Below are positions 25,370 through 38,119 of a stretch of DNA of 64,000 nt, one piece after another. The translations under genes and the position numbers were made by a program. Each line of letters starts with the position of its first letter. Position 1 is the stretch's first letter. The notes below the pieces were generated by a model, which saw only the letters and a program-made list of their open reading frames with translations, did no database searches and was not told the DNA's origin. The stretch is from Chiloscyllium plagiosum (taxonomy: Eukaryota). The stretch covers positions 92,412,765 through 92,476,764 of the forward strand of contig NC_057718.1 of the NCBI RefSeq assembly GCF_004010195.1. The letters run 5' to 3'.

Positions 25370-27410
25370 AATGACATAGGGAGGTATAGTCTGGTGGTCT
25401 TGCAGGATCCGTTTCAGGAATTAGGGCATAGGTTGAAACGCAGGCCCTCAAGAATAGTTATCTCAGAAATACTACTTGAGCCATGAACGTCCCCATTTAG
25501 ACAAAGGCAGATCAGTAAGGTAAATGCATAGCTTGAGGGATGGTGCAGAAGGGAGAAGTTTAGATTTTTGCGATATTGGGATCACTTTTGGGAAAGAAAA
25601 AAAGTTATCCAGAAGAGATGGGCTTCACCTGAGCAGAAATGGAACTGATCTTCTGGGTGACAGAGAATTAATACAGTTAAGGTGGATTCAAAGTTTTAAG
25701 GCAGCGGGGTGGCTTGACTAATGGGCCCAGTATTGAAAGCACCAGCTAGAGGGAAAATGTGAGAAGATGGGGAATGGGGAAAAAGAAGTGAGGGAAGGCT
25801 TGATTGCTGGCAATGAACAACAAAATTGTAACCTTCCGATGTGTAAGAAAGAAAATGGCAGGGTTAAATTGTACGTATGTAAATGTATGGGATATTGTGA
25901 ACAAAATTGGGAACTAGAAGCAGAAATTGCTTTGGCGGCGTGTATGATCACATATTATTGATAGAAACATGGCTCACGCTCGGAAGAGGACTGGATACTT
26001 AACATTCCAAGTTATACAGCTTTTGGTAGAAACAAGGGTAGGTAAAAAAAGGAGGTGGTGTAGCAGTCTTCATCAATGATAGGATCATTACTCTTGAATG
26101 AGATACAGTTCCTGAATTAATACTTATATGGTTGGATGAAAAATAGGAAGGGAGTGGTGACCTTGTGAGGGTTTTTCCTACAGACCTCCAAATAGTGGGG
26201 AGGAAGTTGAAGAGATCATTTGTAGGTAGATTATGGAAATCTGGTTGTGGCAGTTGGTAATTTCAATTATCCTTTGGTACATTGGGGGAAAAAAAGTAGA
26301 GTGAGAGTACAGAAGCAGAGAAATGCAATGTGTGTAGGAGAACATTCTGGAACAAAATATTTCCTACCAGAGGGGGAACTGTGCTATATCTGGTCCTTGG
26401 AAATGAGACAAGCCAAGTGGGGAATCTCAGAGTTGGGGAGAGGTAAAGGAGCAAGTTGCGGAGCCATTGGCAGAAATTTTCCAGGCCCCTCTGAGTACAG
26501 AATTAGTCTTGAGGGAACTGGAGGATTGCAAATGTGACATTGTTGTTTGAGAAAGGGGCAAAGAAGAACCCAGAAGACTATAGGCCTTCAGCTTGATATC
26601 AACAGTGGGAAAACTGATGGAGGCCATAATATGGGATATGGTTAATATACAATTAGAGAAAAATAAGTTAATATTTGATAGTCACCATGGCTTTGTCAAG
26701 AGCATTTATGCCTGACAAATTTGTTTGAGTTCTTTGACGAGGTGACATAGTCAGTGAATGAAGGTAGTGCTGTGGAGGTTGTATTCTTGGACTTTCAGAA
26801 AGCACTTGATGTGGTGCCACGTGGCTGGTTGGTTAGCAAATAAGAAATGTTTGGGATTGATGGGTCCTTGGTAGCATGGGTTAGAAGTTGGCTAAAGGTA
26901 GGAAACGGTAGATGGGCATTTCTCAGATTGGAGGCGATTTAGAAGTAATGTTCCTCAGGAATCAGTGTTGGGACCTCTTTGCTTCTTTTGATTTTGATAA
27001 ACAAATTTGAGATGGGTGTTGAGGGAAAAATCTCTAAATTTACAGGTGATTCTAAGCGAGGGAGAATAGTGAATTTTGAGGATGATGCTGAGCGACTTCA
27101 AATGGACATTGACAAGTTAGCCAAATGGGGAAACATCTGGTTGATGACTTTTAATGTAGACAAATGTAAGGGTAATGCATTTTAGTATAAGAAACATTAA
27201 GAGACAGTACTGGCTGTAAAGTACAACTTTGAGGAGAGTACCAAAGCAGAGGGACCTTGGGCATCACATGCATAGTTCTGTGAAGGTGGCCAAGCAAGTT
27301 GAAACAGTTTTAAGAAGGCTTGTTGGATCCTTGGGTTTGTAAGTAGAGGTGTAGAATACAAGAAACACGGCGAAACAGTACAATGGAACATCTTTGAGGG
27401 GAGTACATAA
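25370..27410 (+). mobile_element. Old CR1 LINE (ORF1 esterase, APE and RT remnants with deletions)
   Basis: RRDGLHLSRNGT (ORF 25524), IETWL, GNFNYP, DFQKALD, VPQESVLGPL..ISKFTGDSK. Confidence 0.85.
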
Positions 27411-27419
27411 GAAATATGA

Positions 27420-27890
27420 GTTGCTGTTCCAATCTGTTGGCATCTTCCAAGCATCTCGGGAATTTTGGAAGATTGAAACCAAAATATCCACTTCTCTACA
27501 TCTACCTATTTTTAATATCCCAAGGTGCCATGAAATCCAGGGGACTTGTCAGCCTTTCGTCCCATTAGTTTGCCCAGTATTTTTTCTTCAGTGATTTTGA
27601 TAGTTTTAGTTTCCTGTATTTCCACTATTCTTGAAATGTTATTTGTCTTCTATTGGACTAATGCTTACTTTAATGACTTTATTTGATTGCTTTTTCCTTG
27701 TAAAAGCTTTTACTGTCTGTTTTTATATTTCTTGCTTGTTTTCTCTCGTACTCCAATTTGTCCTTTTTTTAAGTCACAGTTTTCTGGTTTCTAAAATTTT
27801 TCCAATTTTCTAAGTGACGACTAACCTTTGCAGCATTATGTCTCTTTCTTTCAATTTGATAACATTTTTAACTTACATAGTTAGCGACAT
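27420..27890 (-). mobile_element. Decayed antisense CR1 fragments abutting the previous element
   Basis: Minus strand LVSIFQNSRDAWKMPTDW (ORF 27264) and KTVKAFTRKK-like tether region. Confidence 0.55.
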
Positions 27891-28261
27891 GAAATTGTTT
27901 TAATTTTATTTTATTTTTAATGTAATCTTTATTGTGGATTATAATAGACAGCATAGTGCACTATGGGCAAGAGTTGTAGCCTGATGCACAGCATTGTTTG
28001 TTACGCAAAGTTGGTGCTTTGAAACAAAACATTACGGAGAAGCAGCAATGTGGGTGATGGAATGGATATGAAAACTGACGAAAAGCTATAAAGAAAAGCT
28101 GAAAGAGAGGAGCCTGGAAGACCTAGGAAGCTGCGCCCTCCAACGTGCCAGATAGCACGTTGGAGGGCGCAGCTGTGTTTCTAGGGGTGAAAATGAGAAC
28201 TGTAAGCAGAAAAGCTTGCAGTAGGGAGGAAACTCATGAGAAGAGCAGTTGCAGCATTTAG

Positions 28262-30860
28262 AGTCATAGAGATGTACAGCACGGAAACCAGACCCTACAA
28301 TCCAACTCACCCATGCCAACCAGATATCCTAAATTAATTGAGTCCCATTTGCCAGCACTTGACCTATACCCCTCTAAACCCATCCTATTCATATACCCAT
28401 CCAGATGCCTTTTAAATGTTGTAATTGAATCAGTCTCCACCACTTCCTCTGGCAGCTCATTCCATACATGCACCACCCTCTGCATGAAGAAGAGGTTCCT
28501 TTTAAATTTTCCCCTCTCACCTTAAACCCATGCCGTCTAGTTGTGGACGCCCCCACCCCAGGAAAAAGACCTTATCTATTTATACTATCCATACCTCATG
28601 ATTTTATAAACCTCTATAAGGTCACCCCTCAGCCTCTGACACTCCACTGAAAACGGCTCCAGCCTATTCAGCCTTTCCCTATAGCTCAAATCCTTCAACC
28701 CTGGCAACATCCTTGTAAATCTTTTCTGAATCCTTGCAAGTTTCGCAACATCCTTCGGATAGGATTGACACACTGTGCCAAAAGTGGCCTAACCAATGTC
28801 CTGTACAGCCACAATATGACCTCCCAACTCCTGTATTCAATGCTCTGACCAATAAAGGAAAGCATACCAAACACCATCTTCACTATCCTTTCTACCTGCA
28901 ACTCTACTTCCAAGGGACTATTAACCTGCACTCCAAGGTCTCTCTGTTCAGCAACACACCCCAGGACCTTACCATTAAGTGGAAAAGTCCTGCCCTGATT
29001 TGCTTTTCCAAAATGAAGCACCTCAAATTTATCTAAATTAAACTCTATCTGCCACTCCTCAGCACATTGGTCCACCTAATTAAGATCCCGTTGTACTCTG
29101 AGGTAATCTTCTTTGCTGTCCACTACACCTCCAATTTTGGATTCATCTGCAAACTTACTAACTATACGTCCTATGTTCACATCCAGTTCATTTATATAAA
29201 TGACAAAAAGCAGTGGACCCAGCACTGATCCTTGTGGCACATCACTGGTCACAGGCCTGCAGTCTGAAAAGCAACCGTCCACCACCACCTTCTGTCTTCT
29301 ACCTTCAAGCCAGTTCTGTATCCAAGTGGCAAGTTCTCCCTGTATTCCATGGGATCTAACCTTGCTAACCACTCTACCATGAGGAAACTTGTCGACCGCC
29401 TTACTGGAGTCCATATAGATCACGTCCACAGCTCTGCCCTCATCAATCCTCTTTGTTACTTCTTCAAAAAAACTCAGTGAAGTTCATGAGACATGGTTTC
29501 TCGTGCACAAAGCCATGCTGACTATCCCCAATCAGTCCTTGCCTTTCCAAATACGTGTAAATTCTGTCCTTCAGGATTCCCTCCGACAACTTGCCCACAA
29601 CCGATGTCAGGCTCACCAGTCTATAGTTCCCTGGCTTTTCTTTATCACCTTTCTTAGATAGTGGCACCATGTTAGTCACCCTCCAGGCTTCCAGCACCTC
29701 ACCTGTGCTTATCGATGATACAAGTAGCTCAGCAAGGAGCCCAGCAATCACTTCCCTAGCTTTCCACAGCATTCTATGGTATACCTGATCAGGTCCTGGG
29801 GATATCCAGCACCTCCTGCTGTGTAATTTGGACATTTTTAAAGATGTCACCATCTGTTTCTGCACATTCTATATCTTCCATGTTCTTCTCTACAGTAAAC
29901 ACAAGCAAAATACCATTTAGTATCTCCCCCCATCTCCTGTGGCTCTAGACACAGGCTGCCTTGCCCTTTTGTCCCTTTTGACCTTAATGTATTTATAAAA
30001 TCTATTCGGGTTATCCTTAACCCTTCTTGCCAAAGCTATCTCATGTCCCCTTTTTGCCCTCCTGATTTCCCTCTTAAGTATACTCCTACTGCCTTTATAC
30101 TCTTCTAAGGATTCACTCTCTGCTGTCTCTACCTGACATATGCTTCCTTCTTTTTCTTAACCAAAACTTCAATTTCTCTCGTCATCCAGCATTCCCTACA
30201 CCTAACATCCTTTCCTTTCACCCGAACAGGAATATACTGTCTCTGGACTCTCGTTATCTCATTTTTGAAGGCTTCCCATTTTCCAGCTGTCCCTTTACCT
30301 ACAAACATCTGCCCTCAATGAGCTTTTGAAAGTTCTTGCCTAATACTGTCAAAATTGCCCTTCCTCCAATTTAGAACTTCAACTTTGAGATCCAGTCTAT
30401 CCTTTTCCATCACTATTTTAAAACTAATAGAATTATGGTTGCTGGCTCCAATGTGCTCCCCATTAACACCTCAGTCCCTACCTGCTCTGCCTTATTTTCT
30501 AAGAGTAGGTCAAGAGTAGGTACATACACATACTGAATCAGAAAATGTTCTTGTACACACATAACAAATTCCTCTCCATCTAAACCCTTAACACTATGGC
30601 AGCCCTAGTCTACATTTGGAAAGTTAAAATTCTCTACCATAACCACCCTATTATTCTGACAGAGGTCTCCTTATAAATTTGTTTCTCAATTTCCTGTTGA
30701 CTATTAGGGGGTCTATAATATCCCATTAAGGTGATCATCCCTTTCTTATTTCTCAGTTCATTCGAAAAGCTTCCCTGGATGTATTCCCAGAATATCATCC
30801 CTAAGTGCAGCAATAATGCTATCTCTAATCATAAAAGCCACACCCCCTCCTCTCTTGCCC
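28262..30860 (-). mobile_element. HER1/CR1 LINE, about 2.6 kb, APE through RT to 3' tail, frameshifted
   Basis: Minus ORFs 29464 (KGDKEKPGNYRLVSLTSVVGK), 29076 ([23 protein letters not shown]), 28695 and 28264; tail at 28262. Confidence 0.95.
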
Positions 30861-31609
30861 ATCCTCCTTTCTTAAAGGAGATGAGAGATACAGAATTCAG
30901 AAGTTAGCAACATGATTTGTTGATCGTAAGTCAGAACACTGCATCAGAGGCAGTTAGCATTGGAGAAAGAAGCTTAATGGGTCTGGCAGTACAATTCAGT
31001 GCGGAAGGGGGAAGCTAGTAATTGCACTTTGCGGGCTTCGAAACTACTTTTGAGGCTGCTGAATTTGGCTGGATGTTGAAAACCTGAAGGTATTTCCTTT
31101 AAGATAAAGTCTATCCATTGTAAAGTATAAAATCTTTTAAAATAATGAGCTTACAATATGAAAACATATATTGTAATATGAAAATTGAGTTTACTAGTGG
31201 AGGATATTCCTGGACACCCCCCCCCCCACTTCAAGAAGTTCAGCACCCTTAGGAGGTGAATTCAATATCTGAACGAACTGATACAATTTTAAATTAACTG
31301 TCTCAGGTTTCGGCTGGAATGATCCTTTGGTCAATAAGAACCTTATCTTCTATTAGATTTTTCTCGACAAAAATATTAAACCTTTTCTTCTGAAAATAGA
31401 TTAAGATTACTTTCCATGTGGCAGAAGATAATATGTAAAGGACACTTCCCAAAAGTGGCAACTGGGGAGTAGTTTTCAAAAAAATTTATTAGACGATCCT
31501 TCTTTGGTGAAAAACTGCAACAGCTGTAGTCATTATGTTATCCTATTATGATTTTGTGGTTGTGTCAGCCTTTTCAAACAAACTCTTGATTGAAGTTTAA
31601 AAGATTGTG

Positions 31610-31990
31610 AATCCTGATAGAGGTGTATCAGGTTGTGAATGGTATGGATAGGGTGGAAAGTATGAGGCTTTTTCCCAGGGTGGAGAGGTCAATTACTAGG
31701 GGGACAGGTTCAAGGCGCCAGGGAGGGAGGGAGTGAAGAGAAGCTTAAAAGAGGTGTGCAATGCAAGTTCTTCACAAAAATGGTGCTGAGTACCCTGGAA
31801 CGTGCTGCCAGAGGAAGAAGTGGTAGCAGACACAATAACAGCATTCAAGAAGCACCTGGATGAATACATGAATAGGAAGGGAATAGAGGGATATGGATAT
31901 AAAGACAGTTTTAGTATGGAATGGCAGAACGTGTCGATGCAGGCTTGGAGAATCAAAGTGCCTGTTCGTGTACTGTATTGTTCTTGTTCT
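31610..31990 (+). mobile_element. CR1 3' fragment
   Basis: ORF 31802 LPEEEVVADTITAFKKHLDEYMNRKGIEGYG plus tail. Confidence 0.85.
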
Positions 31991-32341
31991 TTAAACTTTT
32001 GACTATCATTTATTAATTTCTAAATTGGGTAAATTTGGGTGATAATTTGTTACCTTGTATTTCGGATTTGGTGGCATGAATCTATAAAGGAAATACACAA
32101 CAAAATAGTTGGGCCCAGCATTCAGACTGTGTTATGATGGAAGCTATGCACTTAGCACTTTTATTATTAGCACTTTAAATAATGTTTGTAAATGTTTAGC
32201 CAGTAAATTTGTATTTATAACATGTTCAAACAGTATCAAATCCATCTTTATAATCTTTAAACATGAGTATATAGCAGTTCTTCAGATTTTTCAGCTGCTT
32301 TTCAATTAAAAAAAAGTTTTTTAAAGTGCTTTTGCTACTAA

Positions 32342-32555
32342 GGGATCAATTAGCTCAGTTGCCTGGATGGCTGGTTTACAATGTAGAGTGGTACGAACAG
32401 CATGGGTTCGATTCCTGCACAGCTATGGTTACCATGAAGGATTCTTCTTCTCAACCTCTCCCCTCACCTGACACGTGGTGACCCTCAACTTAAATCCCTA
32501 CTGGTTGTCTCTGTCGAATGAGAGCTGCCCAATGGTTCAGTTTACTTTTACCTTT
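32342..32555 (+). mobile_element. tRNA-derived SINE (not HE1)
   Basis: A box TAGCTCAGTTGC, B box GGTTCGATTCC, (TTTAC)n-like tail. Confidence 0.7.
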
Positions 32556-32764
32556 ACAACTAAGTACAGAAATCTGATCATTGGCAATTGAAAGTTTCTT
32601 CATACCAAGTGGTAGTCTCATATTTTTGTGGGTACCAGGATATAAACTGGTGTGTATGTATGCCTGTTTTGACTACACATTACAATACATCTTCTATGTT
32701 GGCTAGACTCCACAATGGGTTGCAGATGTTTTTCTCAGACAGACATCTCACTGAGCATTGTTTA

Positions 32765-33025
32765 TTTTCAATTCATTCACGGGACGTGGGCATTGCTGCA
32801 TGTGCCAGCATTTATTGTGTATACCTAGTTACCCTGGAGAAGGTGATATGCTGCTTTCTTGAACCACTGGAGTCCATTTTGGTGTAGGTAGACCACCAAT
32901 GCCATTGGAGAGGAAGTTCCAGAATTTTGACCCAGTGACACTGAAGGAATGGCAATGCATTTACAAGTCACAATGATGAATAAATTGATGGGGAACTTGT
33001 AGCTCGTGGTGTCTTCACCCAGGAT
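32765..33025 (-). mobile_element. 3' end of the CR1-group LINE family seen at 57-2000
   Basis: Minus ORF 32825 TTSYKFP..PSVSLGQNS matches 1910-1995; AATAAA and (GAAT)n-like tail. Confidence 0.8.
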
Positions 33026-33128
33026 CATATCTTCCGGTATTTCAACATTGAGAAAGCAGCGTTTCAACATGAGTTTCTTTTAGTCAGGTAAATGCAATCA
33101 AAATAAAATAATAACCACAGTCAGAAAG

Positions 33129-33585
33129 CCCAAGTCAGGAGTGTGATGGAATACTCCCCACTTGCCTGCATGGGTGCAACCCTAACAACACTCAAGAAGC
33201 TTGACACCATCCAGGACAAAGCAAGCCACTTGATTGGCACCACACCTACAAACAATCAATCCTTCCATCACCGGCGCTCAGTAGCAGCAGTTTGTACTAT
33301 CTACAAGATGCACTATAGAAATTCACCAAAGATCCTTAGCACATTCCAAACCGTCTACCACTGCCATCAAGAAGGACAAGGACAGCAGGTACCTGGGAAC
33401 ACAACCACCTGCAAGTTCCCCTCTAAGACACTCACCACCCTGACTTGGAAATATGCTGCCAATCCTTCACAGTCGTTGGGTCAAAATTCTGGAATTCCCT
33501 CCCTACCAGCATTGTGGGTGAACCCACAGCAAGTGGACAGCAGCGATTCAAAGAGGCAGTTCACCACCACCTTCTCAAGGGCATA
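33129..33585 (+). mobile_element. Same LINE family, ORF2 C-terminus
   Basis: ORF 33143 MEYSPLACMGATLTTLKKLDTIQDKASHLIG..HHRRSVAAVCTIYKMH; homologous to 1655-1995. Confidence 0.85.
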
Positions 33586-34017
33586 TGAGTAAATTATGGT
33601 GTATCATTTAGTGACTAGGCGTGCGGAATACTCTATTATCCTTTAGAAATGAGTTGATGAATATATCTTACAGGCAGTTGTAATATTGCTCATGCTACAA
33701 TTAAATAACATGTATTTTCCATCTTTGACACCTCTACTTCATTGAAGGTTCAGTTTTTATACCTGTTAGACAAGGAAGATGATTAAAATCCATGTATCTT
33801 CTCCTTTTCTTTATCCATAGTTCACTTTTACAGTAATTGCCTGTTTGACGTAAGAAATATTTCTGAGATTACTGATTAGCCTGCAAGTAACAAAGTCACA
33901 AATGACAGAATTGCAAGTGATTAGTGATTATATTGATGATGTTGTCACAATCGATCAAGTAGACATTGCTCATTAAAATAATTTAAGTTATTTACTGTTA
34001 ACTGTTAATATTTGCAA

Positions 34018-34135
34018 GGAGAAAGTGAGGACTTCAGATGCTGGAGATCAGATTTGAGAGTGTGGTGCTGGAAAAGCACAAGTCAGGCAGCATCTGAGGA
34101 GCATAAGTTTCAGGCATAAGCCCTTCATCAGGAAA
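34018..34135 (-). mobile_element. Short PLE terminus copy with degraded hammerhead
   Basis: Shared end GGAGAAAGTGAGGACTTCAGATGCTGGAGATCA. Minus strand CUGAUGAAGGGCUUAUGCCUGAAAC but the GUC triplet is lost. Confidence 0.8.
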
Positions 34136-34987
34136 TGACATTCTTGTTATACCACGTTTAAGTCCACACTTGACGGGAATGAAGTGCAGAATGCAACTAT
34201 TTTAAGGGCACATGCTTATCTCTCTAGTTCTGTGCAGCTAGTCAATAAGTATGGTTTGTTTCCGTACAATTCTGAATAGTACATTGTTATATGAATCATT
34301 GTTATATGAAACCATGGCAGCAGTAGTTTCATTATTCACTGAGCTTTGGTTGGGGCTAAATTTGTCAATTTATTATTACTGACTGGATACTTGAATGAGA
34401 AAACTGTCCTTTAGTTGCAGGCAAGTAGTTCTAGCACATCAGGTGAGTGACTCTGACCTCATGAATGAGGAAAAACAGTTGAAATGCTAACTTTTCTAGC
34501 TATAAAATGTACACTACGAAATGTATCTAGTACTTCTGATAGTATAGAGATATTAGTTTCAATGCTGCTTAAAATATATTTTTTAGATGATCTATGCACC
34601 CACCCAGAAAAAAGCATAGTTGCTTAGACTCAGTTTTCATTAATTCATTATTGTTAAAGTTAGATAACGGCACATTTTGAGGGCTTTACAGGACTCAATA
34701 TGTATTCAGATTATTCATTGTACGTTTGCATTTTTAAACAAAACATTCTGCCATTGAATGACCTAACAAAACTGCAGTAATGAATAGTGTTAAAATCAAT
34801 GTTTAGTGCCCTTTTTCAATAAATTGTCTTTTTTTTTTGCTCACCTTTATACTTTTCTTTTATTACCAGCATGCTATAATTACTAAATTACACTTAAAGC
34901 ATTCAAAGAAGGAAGATTTTATTTGCTTGATTTTCTTTTTAAATACCTTTTGGTAAATTGGCTGTAACAATTTGGCAAATCATAGAA

Positions 34988-35179
34988 GGAGAAAGTGAGG
35001 TCTGCAGATGCTGGAGATCAAAGTTGAAACTTTATTGCTGGAACAGCACAGCAGGTCAGGCAGCATCCAGGGAACAGGAGATTCGACGTTTCGGGCACAG
35101 GCCCTTCCTCAGGATCTCAGAAACGTCGAATTTCCTGTTCCCTGGATGCTGCCTGACCTGCTGTGCTGTTCCAGCAATA
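34988..35179. mobile_element. Fold-back PLE mini-element, 11-bp TSD, inserted in an HE1 tail
   Basis: TSD AAATCATAGAA at 34977-34987 and 35180-35190; 62-bp arms at 35031-35092 and 35120-35181 with one mismatch. Confidence 0.9.
35081..35116 (-). ncRNA. Minimal hammerhead ribozyme motif
   Basis: Minus strand AUC-CUGAGGA-A-GGGC-CUGU-GCCC-GAAAC-GUC-GAAU; core and stem II are kept while loop II differs from the other copies. Confidence 0.65.
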
Positions 35180-35182
35180 AAA

Positions 35183-35495
35183 TCATAGAATCCCTACAGT
35201 GTAGTAACAGGCCATTGGCCCAACACTTCGAAGGTTAATTAACCCAGACCCATTCCTCTGACTAATGCACCTAGCTTACACATCCCTGAACACTATGGGC
35301 AATTTAGCAGGGCCGGTTCACCTAACCTGCACATCTTTGGACTATTGGAGGAAACTGGAGTACCCAGAGCAAACCCATGCAGACATGGTGGAGAATGTGC
35401 AAACTCTGCACATACAGTCGCCCGAGGATGGAATCAAACCTGGGTGCCTGGTGTTGTGAGGCAGCAGTGCTAACCACTGAGCCACCATGCCACCC
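35183..35495 (-). mobile_element. HE1-type V-SINE
   Basis: Reverse complement of the HE1 head (GGGTGGCATGGTGGCTCAGTGGTTAGCACTGCTGCCTCAC) and body; partly deleted. Confidence 0.9.
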
Positions 35496-36278
35496 TCAAA
35501 TGATGAAATTTAATCTTTAAAGAGCCCAAAAACACTTGAGTTTGTCTATCTTTAATGCTGGGAATTTTGTTTTACCAAGAGGGTTCCTGGTAAATGAAAT
35601 ACTATACCAAAAAATTGATAGGGTCAGAATCTATAATAATTTTAACAGGAAAGTGGTCGAGTGTTTGAAAAATAATTTTTTGTATGGAACACAAAGAATG
35701 GGCATAGAAATGGGGCTGGGTGGGTAAATCTTTCAACGATCTAGTGTGGGCACAATGGCCTGAATGATTTTCTTCTTTCTCACAAAATTCTACAGTTGAA
35801 TAGTTGAGGGAGATTTAAAGCGGTTGCTTACCCACAAATTGAAAGGGAAAAGGAGCATTTATCTTGGTAGTCAGTTAGGAACACCAGTGGCAGAAATGTT
35901 GGAATAGATAATTTATCTTGCTAACTGAGGTATGAGGATCAAAATAAAAAATATGAAAAACTGAAAGCTTCAGTCAACATTGTGTCATGTTTTACCTTTC
36001 AGACTAACAGTCACAAACTTTGTGATTCATAACCAGCTGTTAATAAAGAGATGAATGATTTCTCAGATAATGCACTTATTTCTCAGGAACATAAAAACGT
36101 AAAATGGTGCCCTGTTGTGCATTTTAACAAAAATGCAGTTCTCGTCATTTTGAAGTAGTTTTAAGGTTAAGTTTTTTTTTAAAATATTAGGTTACCTTTT
36201 ACCACCATGTATTAATGTTTAATTACATAACATGTATAATTATAATCCTGAACACGGATTTTCCATTGTTACCTGCAG

Positions 36279-36413
36279 CAGCTGCCTTTCACTGGAAGGA
36301 TTTTTTCACTTACTTCAAACGATAGAAGATGGTGTAAGAGAAACAGTGACTACTTATTCACAGGTGTACCAGCCTACTACCATAAGTAACGAGAAACTGC
36401 AGGAAATCACAAG
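36279..36413 (+). CDS. Coding exon (135 bp; SCLSLEGFFHLLQTIEDGVRETVTTYSQVYQPTTISNEKLQEIT), start of RhoGAP/BH-like region
   Basis: ttccattgttacctgcag acceptor (NAGNAG, alternative start 36282), open frame, AAG|gtgatt donor; phase 2 to 2, compatible with both neighbours. Confidence 0.75.
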
Positions 36414-36724
36414 GTGATTATAGATCTGCAAAATTGTTCTTTCATTCCAGTTTTCTTTCTGGTGCTTACAAATTGTGACTGTACAAACTGTTGCATAAAT
36501 TTTGTTATCTTTCTATTTTTAAAGTCATGGCATTTAAATTTTATGTGTATTAACTGGAGCTGGGAATATTTTTTAATTTCAGTTCTGTAGAAACTCTGAT
36601 ATTTAGAACATGTCAGTAATCTAATAAGTTCTGTCAAAAGTTATGGAGTTGGCAATGATTATGAAACAGTTACAAGTAGACAGTTCATCAAAAAGCATTT
36701 TTGTTTTGGTTCAAATTAAAATAA

Positions 36725-37355
36725 ACAAACCTTACATCAAAGACATATCAGAAATGACTTCAAGACTACTCAGACCCCTTGGCATCATGGCAGCCCACAA
36801 ACCTACCAACACACTTAAACAGCAACTAATGAACCTAAAGGATCCATTAGATACCACCAGCAAAACTCACGTCATTTACAAGATATTATGCAAGAAATGT
36901 AAAAAAAAAACACTACATCGGACAAACTAGCAGGAAACTTGCCACCAGAATATGTGAACACCAACTGGCCACCAAAAGACACGACCCACTCTCACTAGTT
37001 TCCGTACATACTGACAAAGGACACCACTTTAACTGGGACAACACACACATCCTAGGACAGACGAAACAAAGTCACGCATGAGAATTCTGAGAGTCATGGC
37101 ATTCTAACCAATACTCCATCAATAAACACATTGACTTAGATCCTATCAACCTTCCCTTGAAAAAGAGAACTGGAAATGACATCGCCCACCTTAAGAAACC
37201 AAGACCTATAAAGAGAGAGGTGGAACATACCACCAGCAGTTCACCAGAGACTCTCACTGATGATATTACCAAGTATGGTGACGAAATGTTTGAAAACAAA
37301 CCTTCAAGCTCACTTACAGACTTATCATCAACCTGAGCTACAAATCTTCTCAAAA
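36725..37355 (+). mobile_element. Penelope-like element 3' part (family B): GIY-YIG endonuclease plus terminal repeat
   Basis: PYIKDISEMTSRLLRPLGI..VIYKILCKKC..YIGQTSRKLATRI.EH. Hammerhead-like CUGAUGA..GAAAUGUU at 37254-37293. Confidence 0.9.
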
Positions 37356-38119
37356 ATCGGTAAGCAAAGTTTGTATTCTGCATTCCAAATTCGCAACTCT
37401 GTGTTTGAAGAATATGTAATTATTACACTGACTTCGACTTTACAAGGGAACTTTAAAGCCATGCATCGTGCATCTTTTTATGAAGTTTGACAGTTATAGA
37501 GAAAAGCATAGACATATAAGATGTGGGGAAATTGCTTCAACCCTGTACCTTATAATGATATGGCTGTTTTCCTTGGTGGTTCAGTAAATTTCAAACTTAC
37601 ATACTCTGCTGAAAGAAGTTTTAGTAATACAGTAACACTGCATATTAAGGACGACCATAAGGATGCCAGACAAAAGTATTTTCATTGCATAAGAGGAGAA
37701 AGGATTATTATATTTGAAAATGTTATGTTCAATCTCACATACGCGTGGTGGAGGTTCTTTGACCTTGAGCTGTTTTTGTACACCTTTTGCTGGGAAGATC
37801 TGAAGTTGTAACAAAGTTGAATCGCAATAAAGTTTCCTGAACTTATCAGAACGGGTGTCGAGTTGTGAGTCATCAGACCTATTGAAATCATTGCTGGATC
37901 ATGATTGGATGTTGGAGGAACATTGATTGAGCTGACCTGCTGTTGAATCTTCATGCTACTGTATAGAACCTGCAGCAATCCAGTATGATCCTCTTCACAA
38001 TAAAGGCCCAATCAACCAGTGTGTTTTCTTCCACCTTCACAGTCACCCTGACTGTGTTCCAACCTCACTGGCCTGGGGTGTGAGGCCATAGCTCCAGGTG
38101 GGCTCTTCCTTGAATTGGC

